Translations under genes and position numbers: made by a program | Notes under the pieces: model-generated | What the model was told of the DNA's origin: nothing | Database searches by the model: none | What the model saw: only the letters and a program-made list of their open reading frames with translations | Origin: Chloroflexota bacterium | GTDB lineage: Bacteria; Chloroflexota; Limnocylindria; P2-11E | Assembly: GCA_005887995.1 (NCBI GenBank) | Contig: VBJD01000025.1 | Location: 18,386 to 82,385 of the forward strand | DNA: 64,000 nucleotides | Reading direction: 5' to 3' | Shown here: piece after piece, positions 47,201-56,420 of the stretch | Layout of the letters: every line of letters begins with the position of its first letter | Numbering within the stretch: position 1 is the first letter of the stretch

Positions 47201-48226
47201 CCGACCGCGCCACCGTCGAGTGCCGTGTCCGCGCTGCATGTCTCCGGGAACCGACTGCTCAACGCGCTCGGTCAGCAGGTCCAGCTGCGGGGCGTGAACC
47301 GCTCAGGCGCGGAGTACGCCTGCGTCCAGAACAACGGCATCTTCGAGGGCCCGGTGGACCAGGCGTCGGTGAACGGCATCAAGAGCTGGCACGCCAACGT
47401 CGTGCGCCTGCCGCTCAACGAGCAGTGCTGGCTCGGGATCAACGGCATCAACCCGTCGTACTCGGGCGCCAACTACCGCAACGCGATCGTCAACTACGCG
47501 AACCTGCTCAACCAGAACGGGCTTTACGTCATCCTGGATCTGCACTGGTCGGCACCGGGGACGACGCTTGCCACGCATCAGGTTGCAATGCCCGACCTGG
47601 ACCACTCCCCCGCGTTCTGGTCGAGCGTCGCGAGCACGTTCAAGGGCAACGACGCGGTGATCTTCGAGCTCTTCAACGAGCCCTGGCCGGACAACCAGCA
47701 GGACAGCGTCGCCGCCTGGACCTGCTGGCGCGACGGCGGCACCTGCGCGGGCGTCTCGTACCAGGCCGCGGGCATGCAGACGATGCTCAACTCCGTGCGC
47801 GCCACCGGCGCGACCAACGTCGTGGCCCTCGGTGGCGTCGGCTACGCGAACTACCTTTCGCGCTGGCTGCAGTACAAGCCGAGCGACTCGCTGAACAACC
47901 TCATCGCCGCATGGCACGTGTACACGTTCAATGCGTGCAGCAACGTGACGTGCTGGGACGGCGCGCCGGCGTCGGTGATCGCACAGGTGCCGGTCTCCGT
48001 GACCGAGACCGGCGAAAACCACTGCGACGCCACATGGTGGAACACGCTCCTCGACTGGCTCGATGCGCGCCAGACCGGCTACCAGGCGTGGTCGTGGAGC
48101 AGATGGTCCTCCGCGGACTGCACGTACTCGACCGGTTATGTGTCCCTCAGCGCGCTGATCCAGGACTACGCGGGAACCGCAACGCCTTACGGCCAGATCT
48201 ACAAGAACCACCTGCTGCGCTTCTGA
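44288..48226 (+). CDS. Large secreted multidomain protein: repeated Ig-like domains, Pro/Thr linkers, C-terminal GH5 glycoside hydrolase
   Basis: Signal peptide; two repeats ending RPVVDG.TWLED; three repeats with GTY.V....Y.(S/A)GW; GH5 motifs LRGVNRSG, VRLPLNE, ILDLH, FELFNEP, VTETG; SD GAGGA. Confidence 0.9.
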   Translation: MKRAGALFVLTATIVFVAGGLVAAAPVPPGVSALGLHAVFVDQSPSPTLLPGTITKHTVHFRNVGIAPWQRGGRTQVNLGISGDVTAFAAQGIGSGWLSPNRLATTSEDMVLPGMIGTFTFPLRAPMDPGAYRLPIRPVVDGITWLEDGAPPVVLTSDLGFHSSVVEVSRHSVLHPGDVSTLTVKIRNTGARTWTKGQLGQQVNLGVVGDDKFLGALGVGWPTPDRVAIQSEPTVIPGGLATFIFRVRGPSLPGVYPLRLRPVVDGVTWLEDDDVVSLITVAAPGAPTTPAPAAEPAGTTLTTMNAAVPAVSGPSFQLAATVDPTSVVTGGTAKITARFATSDSSSGNVLGVLVHAPATDALAYQKWFHNENFAAGDSRGYSVLWQVPAGSNTGTYTVELAVYSSGWKTLYAADASAASFGVSAPSPGPGATPTPTVQPPSPTPSASATAAPSGTPGSSATASPTAVPATTPPATTPPATSSPSPSPTAAPSFVLGSSATPASVSPGGSVTITSTATSATAATAIVDVQIYAPNATTSSYQVYYQDQTFSAGQQLSFPTSWAVPPSAATGTYRVVVRAYSSGWATLYSVSDPAATFAVSVAPTPTPTPTPVPTATPTVAPTATPSLATVAYRGGSTNSAPSGLSLTLTVPAGVQNGDLLVATVADWPGVLTGPSGWTRALLPSANQGLWYRVASNEPASYTWTGSLNGTWSAVMDVFSGVSTSTPLDVTPLVSSGAVASVAWPVMASATDQAWHLVVSSENNNTDTISVPAGYTARSATAGSSFIRSSTRLITPAGLVAASATETSTSPNWHAFSVILRPGVAGAPLPTPAPTTAPTSTPAPTATPAPSFTSSGTLSPASLPAGGTTQITDAVTSATTTSALVDIEIWDPTAATKVFQVWYDNQTFAAAQTRNYATSWTAPAGSTAGTYDVRLCVYTAGWTQKYGCNSVGLAVTASAATPTPAPTPTPAPVPTAPPSSAVSALHVSGNRLLNALGQQVQLRGVNRSGAEYACVQNNGIFEGPVDQASVNGIKSWHANVVRLPLNEQCWLGINGINPSYSGANYRNAIVNYANLLNQNGLYVILDLHWSAPGTTLATHQVAMPDLDHSPAFWSSVASTFKGNDAVIFELFNEPWPDNQQDSVAAWTCWRDGGTCAGVSYQAAGMQTMLNSVRATGATNVVALGGVGYANYLSRWLQYKPSDSLNNLIAAWHVYTFNACSNVTCWDGAPASVIAQVPVSVTETGENHCDATWWNTLLDWLDARQTGYQAWSWSRWSSADCTYSTGYVSLSALIQDYAGTATPYGQIYKNHLLRF

Positions 48227-48334
48227 CCTCAGTCTCAACGTCTGACCGCACGCGGCCTTAACGCTGCGGGCAGGTCATATACGCATGCGGTCAGTGTGTA
48301 TCTGCGTCCTTATGTGCGCACGTCGCGCCGCGTC

Positions 48335-49504
48335 ATGAAGATCCTCTGGATCCCTCACCTGCCGTGGGCGCGAATGACGGGACAGCGCGAATGGCACCTC
48401 ATCAGGCGGTTGCTTCCGCGCGGCCACGAGGTCCACGTCGTCACGTGGGACCTGGTCCGCCCCAAGACGCTCCTGCGCACGATCGCGCCGGGGACCGAGC
48501 GCGACGGCACGCTCGTGATCCATCGCGCGCCTCGCCTGCCGAACCCGATCGGTCGCGTGACTCGGAACTACGCACGCGGGTTCCTTCCCAACGAGTGGCT
48601 CTTCCGCCGGCATGTTCGCGAGATCGCCGCCGCAGGATCATTCGATCTCTTCGTGTACGGCATCAGCCACAAGGCCGTCGGGCTTCCGCCCTTCGACGTC
48701 CCGCTCCCCCGCGTTTTCGACTACCTGGATCTCGTGGTGTATCCGGATATCGAAGAGGCGTACCTGTGCAACAGCGACATGGTGCTCTGCACCTCCGGCG
48801 TGCTCGTCGACCGCGTGCGCGGTCTGGGCGGCCGGCCTCAGTACCTCCCGAACGGCGTCGACGCGGCGCGGATCGCTTCGGGACGGGCCGACATCGTCCG
48901 CCGCAAGCTCGGCCTCGAGGGCAAGACGGTCGTGAGCCTGATCGGGCTCACCTGCAGTCCGACGCTGTTCTTCATCGACGCGATCGCCGCGGCGGCGCGC
49001 GCCGTTCCCAACATCGTCTTCGTCGCGGTCGGCGGCGCGGGCTGGCTTCCGCACGAGGGGCTCGGCCGATTCGAGGCGCGCTGCCGCAAGCGCGGCGTGC
49101 CGTTCATCGCGACCGGACCGCTCCCGCACGACGCGGTCGCCGACTACTACGCGGCGACGGACGTCGGGCTGTATCCCGGTGACGCGAATCCGTACTTCGA
49201 CGCGGCCTGCCCGCTCAAAGTCCTCGAGTACTCGGCCGCGGGCAAGCCGGTGGTCGCGACGGATCTCGCGGAGCTCCGGCGTCTCGCGTTCCCGAACGTG
49301 TATCTCGCGCCGCCGACGCCTGAGGCGTTCGCGGCGGCGATCGTGCGCGCGCTCGGTGAGCGGACCGCGATGCCGGACCTCGCGCCGTTCGAGTGGGACG
49401 CGCTCGCGTTGCAGTTCGAGAGCGCTTGCGAGGCGCTCATCGCCGAGCGGCGGATCGTGACCATGCCCGCGCAGCCGGAGCACGCGTTTCCGAGGACAGC
49501 CTGA
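48335..49504 (+). CDS. Glycosyltransferase family 4
   Basis: LPNGVD and CPLKVLEYSAAGKPVVATD motifs; alternative start GTG 48296. Confidence 0.9.
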   Translation: MKILWIPHLPWARMTGQREWHLIRRLLPRGHEVHVVTWDLVRPKTLLRTIAPGTERDGTLVIHRAPRLPNPIGRVTRNYARGFLPNEWLFRRHVREIAAAGSFDLFVYGISHKAVGLPPFDVPLPRVFDYLDLVVYPDIEEAYLCNSDMVLCTSGVLVDRVRGLGGRPQYLPNGVDAARIASGRADIVRRKLGLEGKTVVSLIGLTCSPTLFFIDAIAAAARAVPNIVFVAVGGAGWLPHEGLGRFEARCRKRGVPFIATGPLPHDAVADYYAATDVGLYPGDANPYFDAACPLKVLEYSAAGKPVVATDLAELRRLAFPNVYLAPPTPEAFAAAIVRALGERTAMPDLAPFEWDALALQFESACEALIAERRIVTMPAQPEHAFPRTA

Positions 49505-50694
49505 TGAGCGGAATCGGTCGCGTGCTCGTCGTGATCGGGACACGCCCCGAAGCGATCAAGCTCGCGCCGGTCGTCCACGCGCTGCGGACGGGTCCGGAGA
49601 AGCTCGAGACGAAGGTCTGCGTGACGGGACAGCATCGCGAGATGCTCGAGCCAGTCCTCCGGCTGTTCGAGCTCGAGCCCGATCACGACCTTCAGCTCAT
49701 GACACCGAACCAAACGCTCGCCGGTCTCACGTCGAGCCTCATCATGAGCCTCAGCGCGACGATCAAGCAGGAGCGGCCGGACTGGGTCGTCGTTCAGGGC
49801 GACACGACCACCGCGCTCGGCGCCGGTCTCGCGGCGTTCTACGAGGGCGCGCACATCGCGCACGTCGAAGCGGGGCTGCGCACTGACGAGAAGCGCTGTC
49901 CGTTCCCGGAAGAAGCGAATCGCCGGATGGTCGATCTCCTCTCCGACGTTCACTTCGCGCCGACCGAACGTGCGCGGCGCAATCTCCTGCGCGAAGGGGT
50001 CGATCCGTTCGGCGTGCATGTCACCGGCAACACCGTCATCGACGCGCTGCAGCAGGTGGTCTCACGCCCGTACGACGTCTCATCGGGACCCCTCGCGGGC
50101 ATCGCGTTCGACCGGCGGATCGTCCTCGTCACCGCGCATCGCCGCGAAAGCTTCGGCAAGCCGCTCGCCGGGATCTGTCGCGCGCTGAGGGAGCTCGCCG
50201 ACCAGATCGAGAATATCCAGATCGTGTACCCCGTCCATCTGAATCCCAACGTGCGCGACACGGTGCACGCTCACCTCGGCGGACATCCGCGTATCGCGCT
50301 CATCCCTCCGCTCGACTACGCGTCGCTCATCCAGCTGATGCGCCGCAGCACGATCGTGCTGACCGACTCGGGCGGCATCCAGGAGGAGGCGCCCAGCTTC
50401 GGTATCCCGGTCCTCGTCCTGCGGCCCGCGACGGAGCGGCCCGAGGCGGTCGAAGCGGGCTGCGCCCGCATCGTGGGGACGGACGCCACGCGCATCGTCC
50501 GCGAGGCGCGACGCCTCCTCGAGGACGAGGTCGCGTACCAGCGGATGGCCCGCGTCGCGAATCCGTTCGGCGATGGACGCGCGGGCGAGCGCATCGCCGC
50601 GGTCCTGCACTCCGAAATGCGCGGCGAGAGCGTCGCGCGGTCGCCGCAGCTCGCGTTCGTGCCGCCGACGAGCCTGAGCGAGGCTGCGTCATAG
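49504..50694 (+). CDS. wecB: UDP-N-acetylglucosamine 2-epimerase (non-hydrolysing)
   Basis: GTRPEAIKLAP, TGQHREML, QGDTTT, HVEAGLR, PFPEE.NR and TDSGGIQEEAP motifs. Confidence 0.97.
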   Translation: MSGIGRVLVVIGTRPEAIKLAPVVHALRTGPEKLETKVCVTGQHREMLEPVLRLFELEPDHDLQLMTPNQTLAGLTSSLIMSLSATIKQERPDWVVVQGDTTTALGAGLAAFYEGAHIAHVEAGLRTDEKRCPFPEEANRRMVDLLSDVHFAPTERARRNLLREGVDPFGVHVTGNTVIDALQQVVSRPYDVSSGPLAGIAFDRRIVLVTAHRRESFGKPLAGICRALRELADQIENIQIVYPVHLNPNVRDTVHAHLGGHPRIALIPPLDYASLIQLMRRSTIVLTDSGGIQEEAPSFGIPVLVLRPATERPEAVEAGCARIVGTDATRIVREARRLLEDEVAYQRMARVANPFGDGRAGERIAAVLHSEMRGESVARSPQLAFVPPTSLSEAAS

Positions 50695-50699
50695 CGCGC

Positions 50700-52808
50700 A
50701 TGCCCGGCGGCGGGTTCACCGCTCTCTTCGTCGTCGCGCTCGTGCTCGCGACGACGCCGCCATCGGCGCTCGCGGCTGCGGCGATCTCGCCGCTGCACGT
50801 GGACGGGAATCGACTCGTCGACGCGTCAGGTGCTCAGGTGGTGCTGCGCGGCGTAAGCCGCTCAGGGACGGAGTTCGCGTGCGTGAACGAAGGTGGATTC
50901 GGGATCTCGCTCGGTCCGCTCGACCAGGGTTCCGTCGACGGCATCAAGAGCTGGCACCAGAACACCCTGCGCCTGCCCCTCAACGAGGACTGCTGGCTCG
51001 GGATCAACGGCGTCAACCCGGCCTACTCCGGAGCGAACTACCGCCAGGCGATCGCGAGCTACGTGAGCCTGCTCAATCAGAACGGGCTCTACGTCATCCT
51101 GGACCTGCACTGGAGCGCGCCGGGGACGACGCTTGCGACGCACCAGCAGACGATGGCCGACCTCGACCACGCCGTCGACTTCTGGTCGAGCGTCGCGAAC
51201 ACGTTCAAAGGCAATGACGCCGTGATCTTCGAGCTGTTCAACGAGCCCGTGCCCGATGGATCGCAGGACAGCGACGCGGCCTGGACCTGCTGGCGCGACG
51301 GCGGGACGTGCCCGGGCGTCGCGTTCCAGACCGCAGGCATGCAGACCTTGCTCAACGCGGTGCGCGCGACCGGCGCGACGAACGTGGTCGCGCTCGGCGG
51401 CGTCGGCTATGCGACATACCTCACGCGCTGGCTTCAGTACCGGCCGACCGATCCGGTGAACAACCTCATCGCCGCATGGCACGTCTACAACTTCAACATC
51501 TGCAACAGCGCGAGCTGCTGGGACGCGATGGTCCCTCAGCTCATGGCACTGGCCCCGGTGCTCGTCACCGAGACGGGGATGGATGCGTGCGACGCCACGT
51601 GGTGGAACGCGCTCCTTGACTGGCTCGACGCGCGTCAGATCGGGTACCTCGCGTGGACCTGGAACCGCTGGAGCACCGACTGCAGCTCGCGCGCGCTGGT
51701 CACCGACTACTACGCCGCGACGCCGACGCAGTACGGCAGCATCTACAAGACGCATCTCGCCAGCCTTCCAACCGACACGGCGACGACGGTCTCATCGAGC
51801 GCGCCGCGATCGGTCGAGGGTCAGGCGGTCACATTCACCGCGACCGTGAGCTCGCGCGCCGGCGGCGACGTGCCGAGCGGAAGCGTCGCGTTCGCTGTGG
51901 ACAGCACTGACGCCGTGAGCGCCTCTCTCGATCCGGCAGGGGTCGCGACCGCCACCCTGACGTTCCCCGACGACGGCGCTCATAGCATCGTCGCGCGCTA
52001 CCTGGGTGCGCCGCGCTTCGCGCCGAGCGCGAGCGCGCCGCTCGCGCAACAGGTCGCGAATGCCGCGCCGACCGCCGGGCCGCTCGCGGGACCCTCCGAC
52101 CCAGTTGCCGTGAGCGCGCAGGTCGCGCTCAGCGGCGCGTTCACCGATCCCGGCACCGCCGATACGCACACGGCGATCGTCGACTCGGGCGACGGTACGG
52201 CGGCTACGCCGGCGACCGTCACGGAAACGCTCGGGTCCGGCACGATCAGCGCGAGCCACGCATACGGAGTGGCAGGCGGCTATCGCGTCACGGTGACGAT
52301 CGCCGACGACGACGGCGCTTCCGCTCAGACCACGCTCGAGGCCCTCGTCGTGTTCGATCCGGCCGCCGGCTCCGCGCGCGGCGCCGGCTGGTTCTCGTCA
52401 CCAGCCGGCGCCTACGTTTCGGACACGACCGCTGCGGGTCGGGCGTTCTTCGGATTCCTCGCCCGATATCAGAAGGACGGGGCCGTCCCATTCGCGCAGC
52501 CGGGCTTCCGCCTCAAGACGGATCGCTTCGCGTTCGACAGCACGGCATACGACTGGCTCGTGGTCACCGGCGCGAAAGCGCAGCTTCACGGTTCGGGTCG
52601 CGTGAATGGAAACGCAGGTTACGCCTTCCTCGTCTCCGCGATCGACGGTGATCGGATCGGTAAGGACGTTCCGGACAGGCTGCGCATCAAGATCTGGGAC
52701 GCGGCCAGCGGCGCCGTGCTGTATGACACCCAGGCGGGCGACCCGGATGGTGCGGACCCCGTTCGCGTCCTGGGCGGCGGCAGCCTCGTCGTCGGCCAAG
52801 GTCCCTGA
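50700..52808 (+). CDS. Secreted GH5 glycoside hydrolase with Big_3-like and PKD-like domains
   Basis: Signal peptide; FELFNEP and VTETG; GQAVTFTATV; FTDPGTADTH...SHAYG..G.Y.VTVTIADDDG. Confidence 0.9.
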   Translation: MPGGGFTALFVVALVLATTPPSALAAAAISPLHVDGNRLVDASGAQVVLRGVSRSGTEFACVNEGGFGISLGPLDQGSVDGIKSWHQNTLRLPLNEDCWLGINGVNPAYSGANYRQAIASYVSLLNQNGLYVILDLHWSAPGTTLATHQQTMADLDHAVDFWSSVANTFKGNDAVIFELFNEPVPDGSQDSDAAWTCWRDGGTCPGVAFQTAGMQTLLNAVRATGATNVVALGGVGYATYLTRWLQYRPTDPVNNLIAAWHVYNFNICNSASCWDAMVPQLMALAPVLVTETGMDACDATWWNALLDWLDARQIGYLAWTWNRWSTDCSSRALVTDYYAATPTQYGSIYKTHLASLPTDTATTVSSSAPRSVEGQAVTFTATVSSRAGGDVPSGSVAFAVDSTDAVSASLDPAGVATATLTFPDDGAHSIVARYLGAPRFAPSASAPLAQQVANAAPTAGPLAGPSDPVAVSAQVALSGAFTDPGTADTHTAIVDSGDGTAATPATVTETLGSGTISASHAYGVAGGYRVTVTIADDDGASAQTTLEALVVFDPAAGSARGAGWFSSPAGAYVSDTTAAGRAFFGFLARYQKDGAVPFAQPGFRLKTDRFAFDSTAYDWLVVTGAKAQLHGSGRVNGNAGYAFLVSAIDGDRIGKDVPDRLRIKIWDAASGAVLYDTQAGDPDGADPVRVLGGGSLVVGQGP

Positions 52809-52809
52809 G

Positions 52810-53862
52810 ATGGAGATGCTCGTGCTTGACGAGGTCGACGAGGTCGTGGACCTTCCACCGATCGCGGGAGTGCGCATCCCGCGGTGGGACCTTGGGGCTC
52901 TGGGGCCTCGGACCTGTCCGCTCTGCCATTCGACGAACCGCGCATCGCTCAGGCGGCCCGACGCTCTGCCCGTCGCGTATTGCCGCCGCTGTGCGCTCTG
53001 GTACGTCTGCGAGGCCCCCTCCGATGATCAAGTGGCCCGCTTCTACGACAACTACTGGGGAGGCCATCGGCCAGCCGAGCTTTCGGCTCCCTCGGCGGCG
53101 CAAATGATGCAGCAGCTCAGCGTGGAGGGCCAGCTCCCATCGGTCGGCGGATATGAACGCATCCTTCCGAAGCTCGCGGCTGCGCTGGGAGGATTACGGG
53201 GAAAGCGCATCCTCGAAGTCGGTTGCGGCTACGGATCCCTTCTGCTTGCCGCGAGGCTACAGGGCGCCCAGGTCATCGGAAATGACATCTCGGGCGACGC
53301 CGTTCGCTTCCTGCGCGAGCAGCTCAACATCCCGGGGTTTGACGTTCCCTTTGCGCAATGCGTCAAAGAGATCGGGTCGGTCGATGCCGTCATGATGGTG
53401 GACCTCATCGAGCACCCGACCGATCCGGTGTGCCTCATCGAGACGGCGTGGGCCGCGTTGCGCCCTGGCGGCGTCCTTCTGCTGTGGACGCCGAACGGCG
53501 GCGCTGCCGGCGCCGTGACGAGTCAGGCGCGTGAGTGGCTCGGCTTCCGGGTCGACCTCGAGCATCTTCAATACTTGTCGGCCGCGACGGTCGTAGCCAT
53601 CGCGTCACGCCACGGCTGGGCCATCGAGCATCTGGAGTCGCTCGGCTTCCCCGATCTGGCGACCGTCGCCTATCGCCCTCCGAAGAGATCGGTCGTCGCT
53701 CGGTTGCGTCGCTTCGCGTACCGGTCTCTACCGAGGACCCGGGTGACGGCCACCGCGCTTCGCGCTGCTCGCGCACTCCGCCGCTGGGCCGCTCCGGAGA
53801 GCAAGGTCGACGCTTCTCAGGGTGTGTACAACCTGTTCGCGATCCTCAGACGTCCCACCTAA
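52810..53862 (+). CDS. Class I SAM-dependent methyltransferase with N-terminal CxxC pairs
   Basis: TCPLC...YCRRC; ILEVGCGYG; DLIEHPTDP; LRPGG. Confidence 0.88.
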   Translation: MEMLVLDEVDEVVDLPPIAGVRIPRWDLGALGPRTCPLCHSTNRASLRRPDALPVAYCRRCALWYVCEAPSDDQVARFYDNYWGGHRPAELSAPSAAQMMQQLSVEGQLPSVGGYERILPKLAAALGGLRGKRILEVGCGYGSLLLAARLQGAQVIGNDISGDAVRFLREQLNIPGFDVPFAQCVKEIGSVDAVMMVDLIEHPTDPVCLIETAWAALRPGGVLLLWTPNGGAAGAVTSQAREWLGFRVDLEHLQYLSAATVVAIASRHGWAIEHLESLGFPDLATVAYRPPKRSVVARLRRFAYRSLPRTRVTATALRAARALRRWAAPESKVDASQGVYNLFAILRRPT

Positions 53863-53895
53863 CTCGGGCCGCGCGAACGATTCGCTGCGCCGTTT

Positions 53896-55389
53896 TCATC
53901 CCACCTCCTCGTGAACCGGCTGGCCGACCGGCTCGATGACGGCGCGCTGTCCCCGGCGCGCGCCGATGAGCGTGGCGATCGCGTGCAGGTCTGTCGGTCC
54001 GATCGCGCGCAGTGCGACGACGCCGACGCCATAGACGAGCAGTGCGAGCGGGACCATCGAGGCGAGCGTGGTCGCGCCGCTGAGGAGGACCATGAGTCCC
54101 GCCGCGACCGCTGCGACCGCCGCTTTCGCGACCGTTCGAACGCTCTCTCCCGTCAACAGGTCGCGAGGCGTGATCCGGATGGTCCACATCAGAAGGCCGA
54201 GCTCCGTCAGCGTCGTCACTGCGGCGGCCCCGTCCTGCGCGAAGCGTGGGATCGCGATGAGGTTCGCGCCGACGTTCAAGAACGCGAACGCAGTGGCCAT
54301 CGCGAGAAGATGCTTCTCGCGACCGAGCGCAAAGAGCGCATACCCGATGACCGAGTTGAGATAGAGCAGGAAGAGGCCCGGCGCGAGCAGCCGAAGCGCG
54401 CTCGTGGCTGGCGAGTACGCATCAGCGGAGTAGAGGATCCCGACGATCTGGTCGGCGCAGAGCACGAAGATGAGAACCACCGCGCCGCCGACGATCGTGA
54501 GGAGCGAGAGCGCTTTCGCGATGACCATGCGCAGCTCCGCGCGTGGACCGACTGACATGCGCGAGTACATCGGATAGAGGACGCGCGTTACGACGATCGA
54601 CTCGAGGATCGTCGCGGCGTTGAAGAGACGATAGGCCGCCGCGTACCAGCCGACGTTCTCGGCCGGAGCCATCCCCTCCAGCATGACGAGGTCGACGTTG
54701 AAGTAGAACGTGCCGACGACGCCGTAGGCGCCGATCGGTAGCGCGGTCCGGAGGAGATCGAGGGCGCGACGCGGCGCCAGCGCCCACCGGATCTCTGAAT
54801 GCCGCCGGAGTGCGGCGATGAGGATGCCGGCGCAGACCGTCGCCCCGATGAGGAACGCGAGCGAGATCAGGAAAAGGCTGGGCCGCGGCAGGAGGACGAG
54901 GATCGCGACGCCGACGACCGCGGCCACGATCCGGTAGGCGACGGACGAGAGTGATAGCAAGGAGAACTCCTCGCGGCCCTGCAGATACGCGGCGATCGCG
55001 CCGCCCCAGGCCACGAACAGCGCGGCGACGGCGAGCACGACGATGGCGCCGCGCAGGTCATCGTCGTACCCGAGGAAGATCGTCGCGAGCATCAGGACCG
55101 GCAGCGCGGCGAGCCAGAGCGCGGTCCGAATGAGTAGCGTCGTCGCGACCAGGCCATCCTCCCGCCCCCCGCGCTGTGCCACGGTCCTGCTGACCAGCGT
55201 GGTCGTGCCGAAGTCGACGAAGATCGTCAGGAACGCCGCGTAGGCAAGCGCGAGAGAGAGCTGGCCGAACCGCGAGGGTTCGAGGTGCCGCGCCTGCACC
55301 ACGGTGAACGCGAAGGTGGCGACCCAGATCGCCAGCTGGGATGTACCGACGATGAGGATGTTCTGCGCGGTCCGTCGGAGGCTGGTCAT
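53896..55389 (-). CDS. wzx: Polysaccharide flippase (Wzx/MOP)
   Basis: ARHLEPSRFG, DFG, VDLVML, VGWYAAAYRL and GAAAVTTLTE motifs with many TM helices; ATG at 55389. Confidence 0.88.
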   Translation of the reverse strand: MTSLRRTAQNILIVGTSQLAIWVATFAFTVVQARHLEPSRFGQLSLALAYAAFLTIFVDFGTTTLVSRTVAQRGGREDGLVATTLLIRTALWLAALPVLMLATIFLGYDDDLRGAIVVLAVAALFVAWGGAIAAYLQGREEFSLLSLSSVAYRIVAAVVGVAILVLLPRPSLFLISLAFLIGATVCAGILIAALRRHSEIRWALAPRRALDLLRTALPIGAYGVVGTFYFNVDLVMLEGMAPAENVGWYAAAYRLFNAATILESIVVTRVLYPMYSRMSVGPRAELRMVIAKALSLLTIVGGAVVLIFVLCADQIVGILYSADAYSPATSALRLLAPGLFLLYLNSVIGYALFALGREKHLLAMATAFAFLNVGANLIAIPRFAQDGAAAVTTLTELGLLMWTIRITPRDLLTGESVRTVAKAAVAAVAAGLMVLLSGATTLASMVPLALLVYGVGVVALRAIGPTDLHAIATLIGARRGQRAVIEPVGQPVHEEVG

Positions 55390-55394
55390 CGCTC

Positions 55395-56420
55395 TCAGGC
55401 GACGTGTCGGTACGCGACCCGACCTGCAGCGGCGAGGACCGTCACGGGCAGGTGCGGCCCGATCGACCTTGCGACGCCGCCGACCCACGACGGCCGGCGC
55501 CGATCGACGGGTGCCGGCGGGTAGCGGAGGTACACGAGCTCGGAGCGCAGCGCGCCGAAACGTTCCTTGAACTGCGCGAGGCCCGCGTTCGTCGCCTCGA
55601 CGCGACCCATGTCGAGCCACGACGCGCCGTGCGCCTTGCCGCTCGCGATGCTGCGCCACATGAGCGACTTCCCCATTCCGGCGCGGTCCAGCACCGGATG
55701 CGACGCGCTGTATTTCCACATCAGCTTGTCGCGGAACAGGATCGTCACCAAGCCGGCGATGGGCACGTCGCCATCGAGCAGGAGGTGGATATCGAGCATC
55801 TCGCCGAGGCACGCTGCGAGATTGCGGAACCACGCGTGGGGCTGCGGCGGCACGCCCTGCGTCGAGCGCGTCAACACGTGCAGCTTGAAGTACGCGTCGA
55901 CGAAGGTGCGGTCGCGGCCTACGACGTGACGCAGCTGACTGCGCTCGGCCCGTCGGATGTCCTTGCGGTTGTCGTACCTGATGCCCTTGAAGAGCGCCTC
56001 GAGATCCGGTCGCAGGTCGATCGCGTAGTGGTAGGAGGGCTCCTCGGATTCGAATCTGGACAGCCCGCCGCAAGGGATGAGTGGTCGAGTCTGCACATAC
56101 CGCCATCCGCTGCGCCGCGCCTCGGACGCGACGCGTTCGAGAATCTCCCCAAGACTCGTGGGATCGTCGACGAGCGGCTCGCAGTGGTCCGAGAACGGCA
56201 GCGAGACGAGGCGCCGGCCGGTGAGCCAGCTCGTGACGACGCAGAACGGTATCGCGCTGCGCAAGTGCTCGCCGCCCTTGGCATAGCCGACCGGCGTGAA
56301 GCCGTAGGTGCGTCGGAGCGCGTCGAGCCACTCGGGCGTGTGGAACGCGGACGCGCGCGGATCCTGCCACACGCGCTCGCGCCAGCGCCAGTCGACAAGC
56401 GGGTCGAAGGTGCTGATCAT
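55395..56420 (-). CDS. GNAT/FemAB-like (CelD/BcsL-type) protein
   Basis: FHTPEW, RLVSLPFSDH and LDMGR...GLAQFKERFGA motifs; ATG at 56420. Confidence 0.85.
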   Translation of the reverse strand: MISTFDPLVDWRWRERVWQDPRASAFHTPEWLDALRRTYGFTPVGYAKGGEHLRSAIPFCVVTSWLTGRRLVSLPFSDHCEPLVDDPTSLGEILERVASEARRSGWRYVQTRPLIPCGGLSRFESEEPSYHYAIDLRPDLEALFKGIRYDNRKDIRRAERSQLRHVVGRDRTFVDAYFKLHVLTRSTQGVPPQPHAWFRNLAACLGEMLDIHLLLDGDVPIAGLVTILFRDKLMWKYSASHPVLDRAGMGKSLMWRSIASGKAHGASWLDMGRVEATNAGLAQFKERFGALRSELVYLRYPPAPVDRRRPSWVGGVARSIGPHLPVTVLAAAGRVAYRHVA

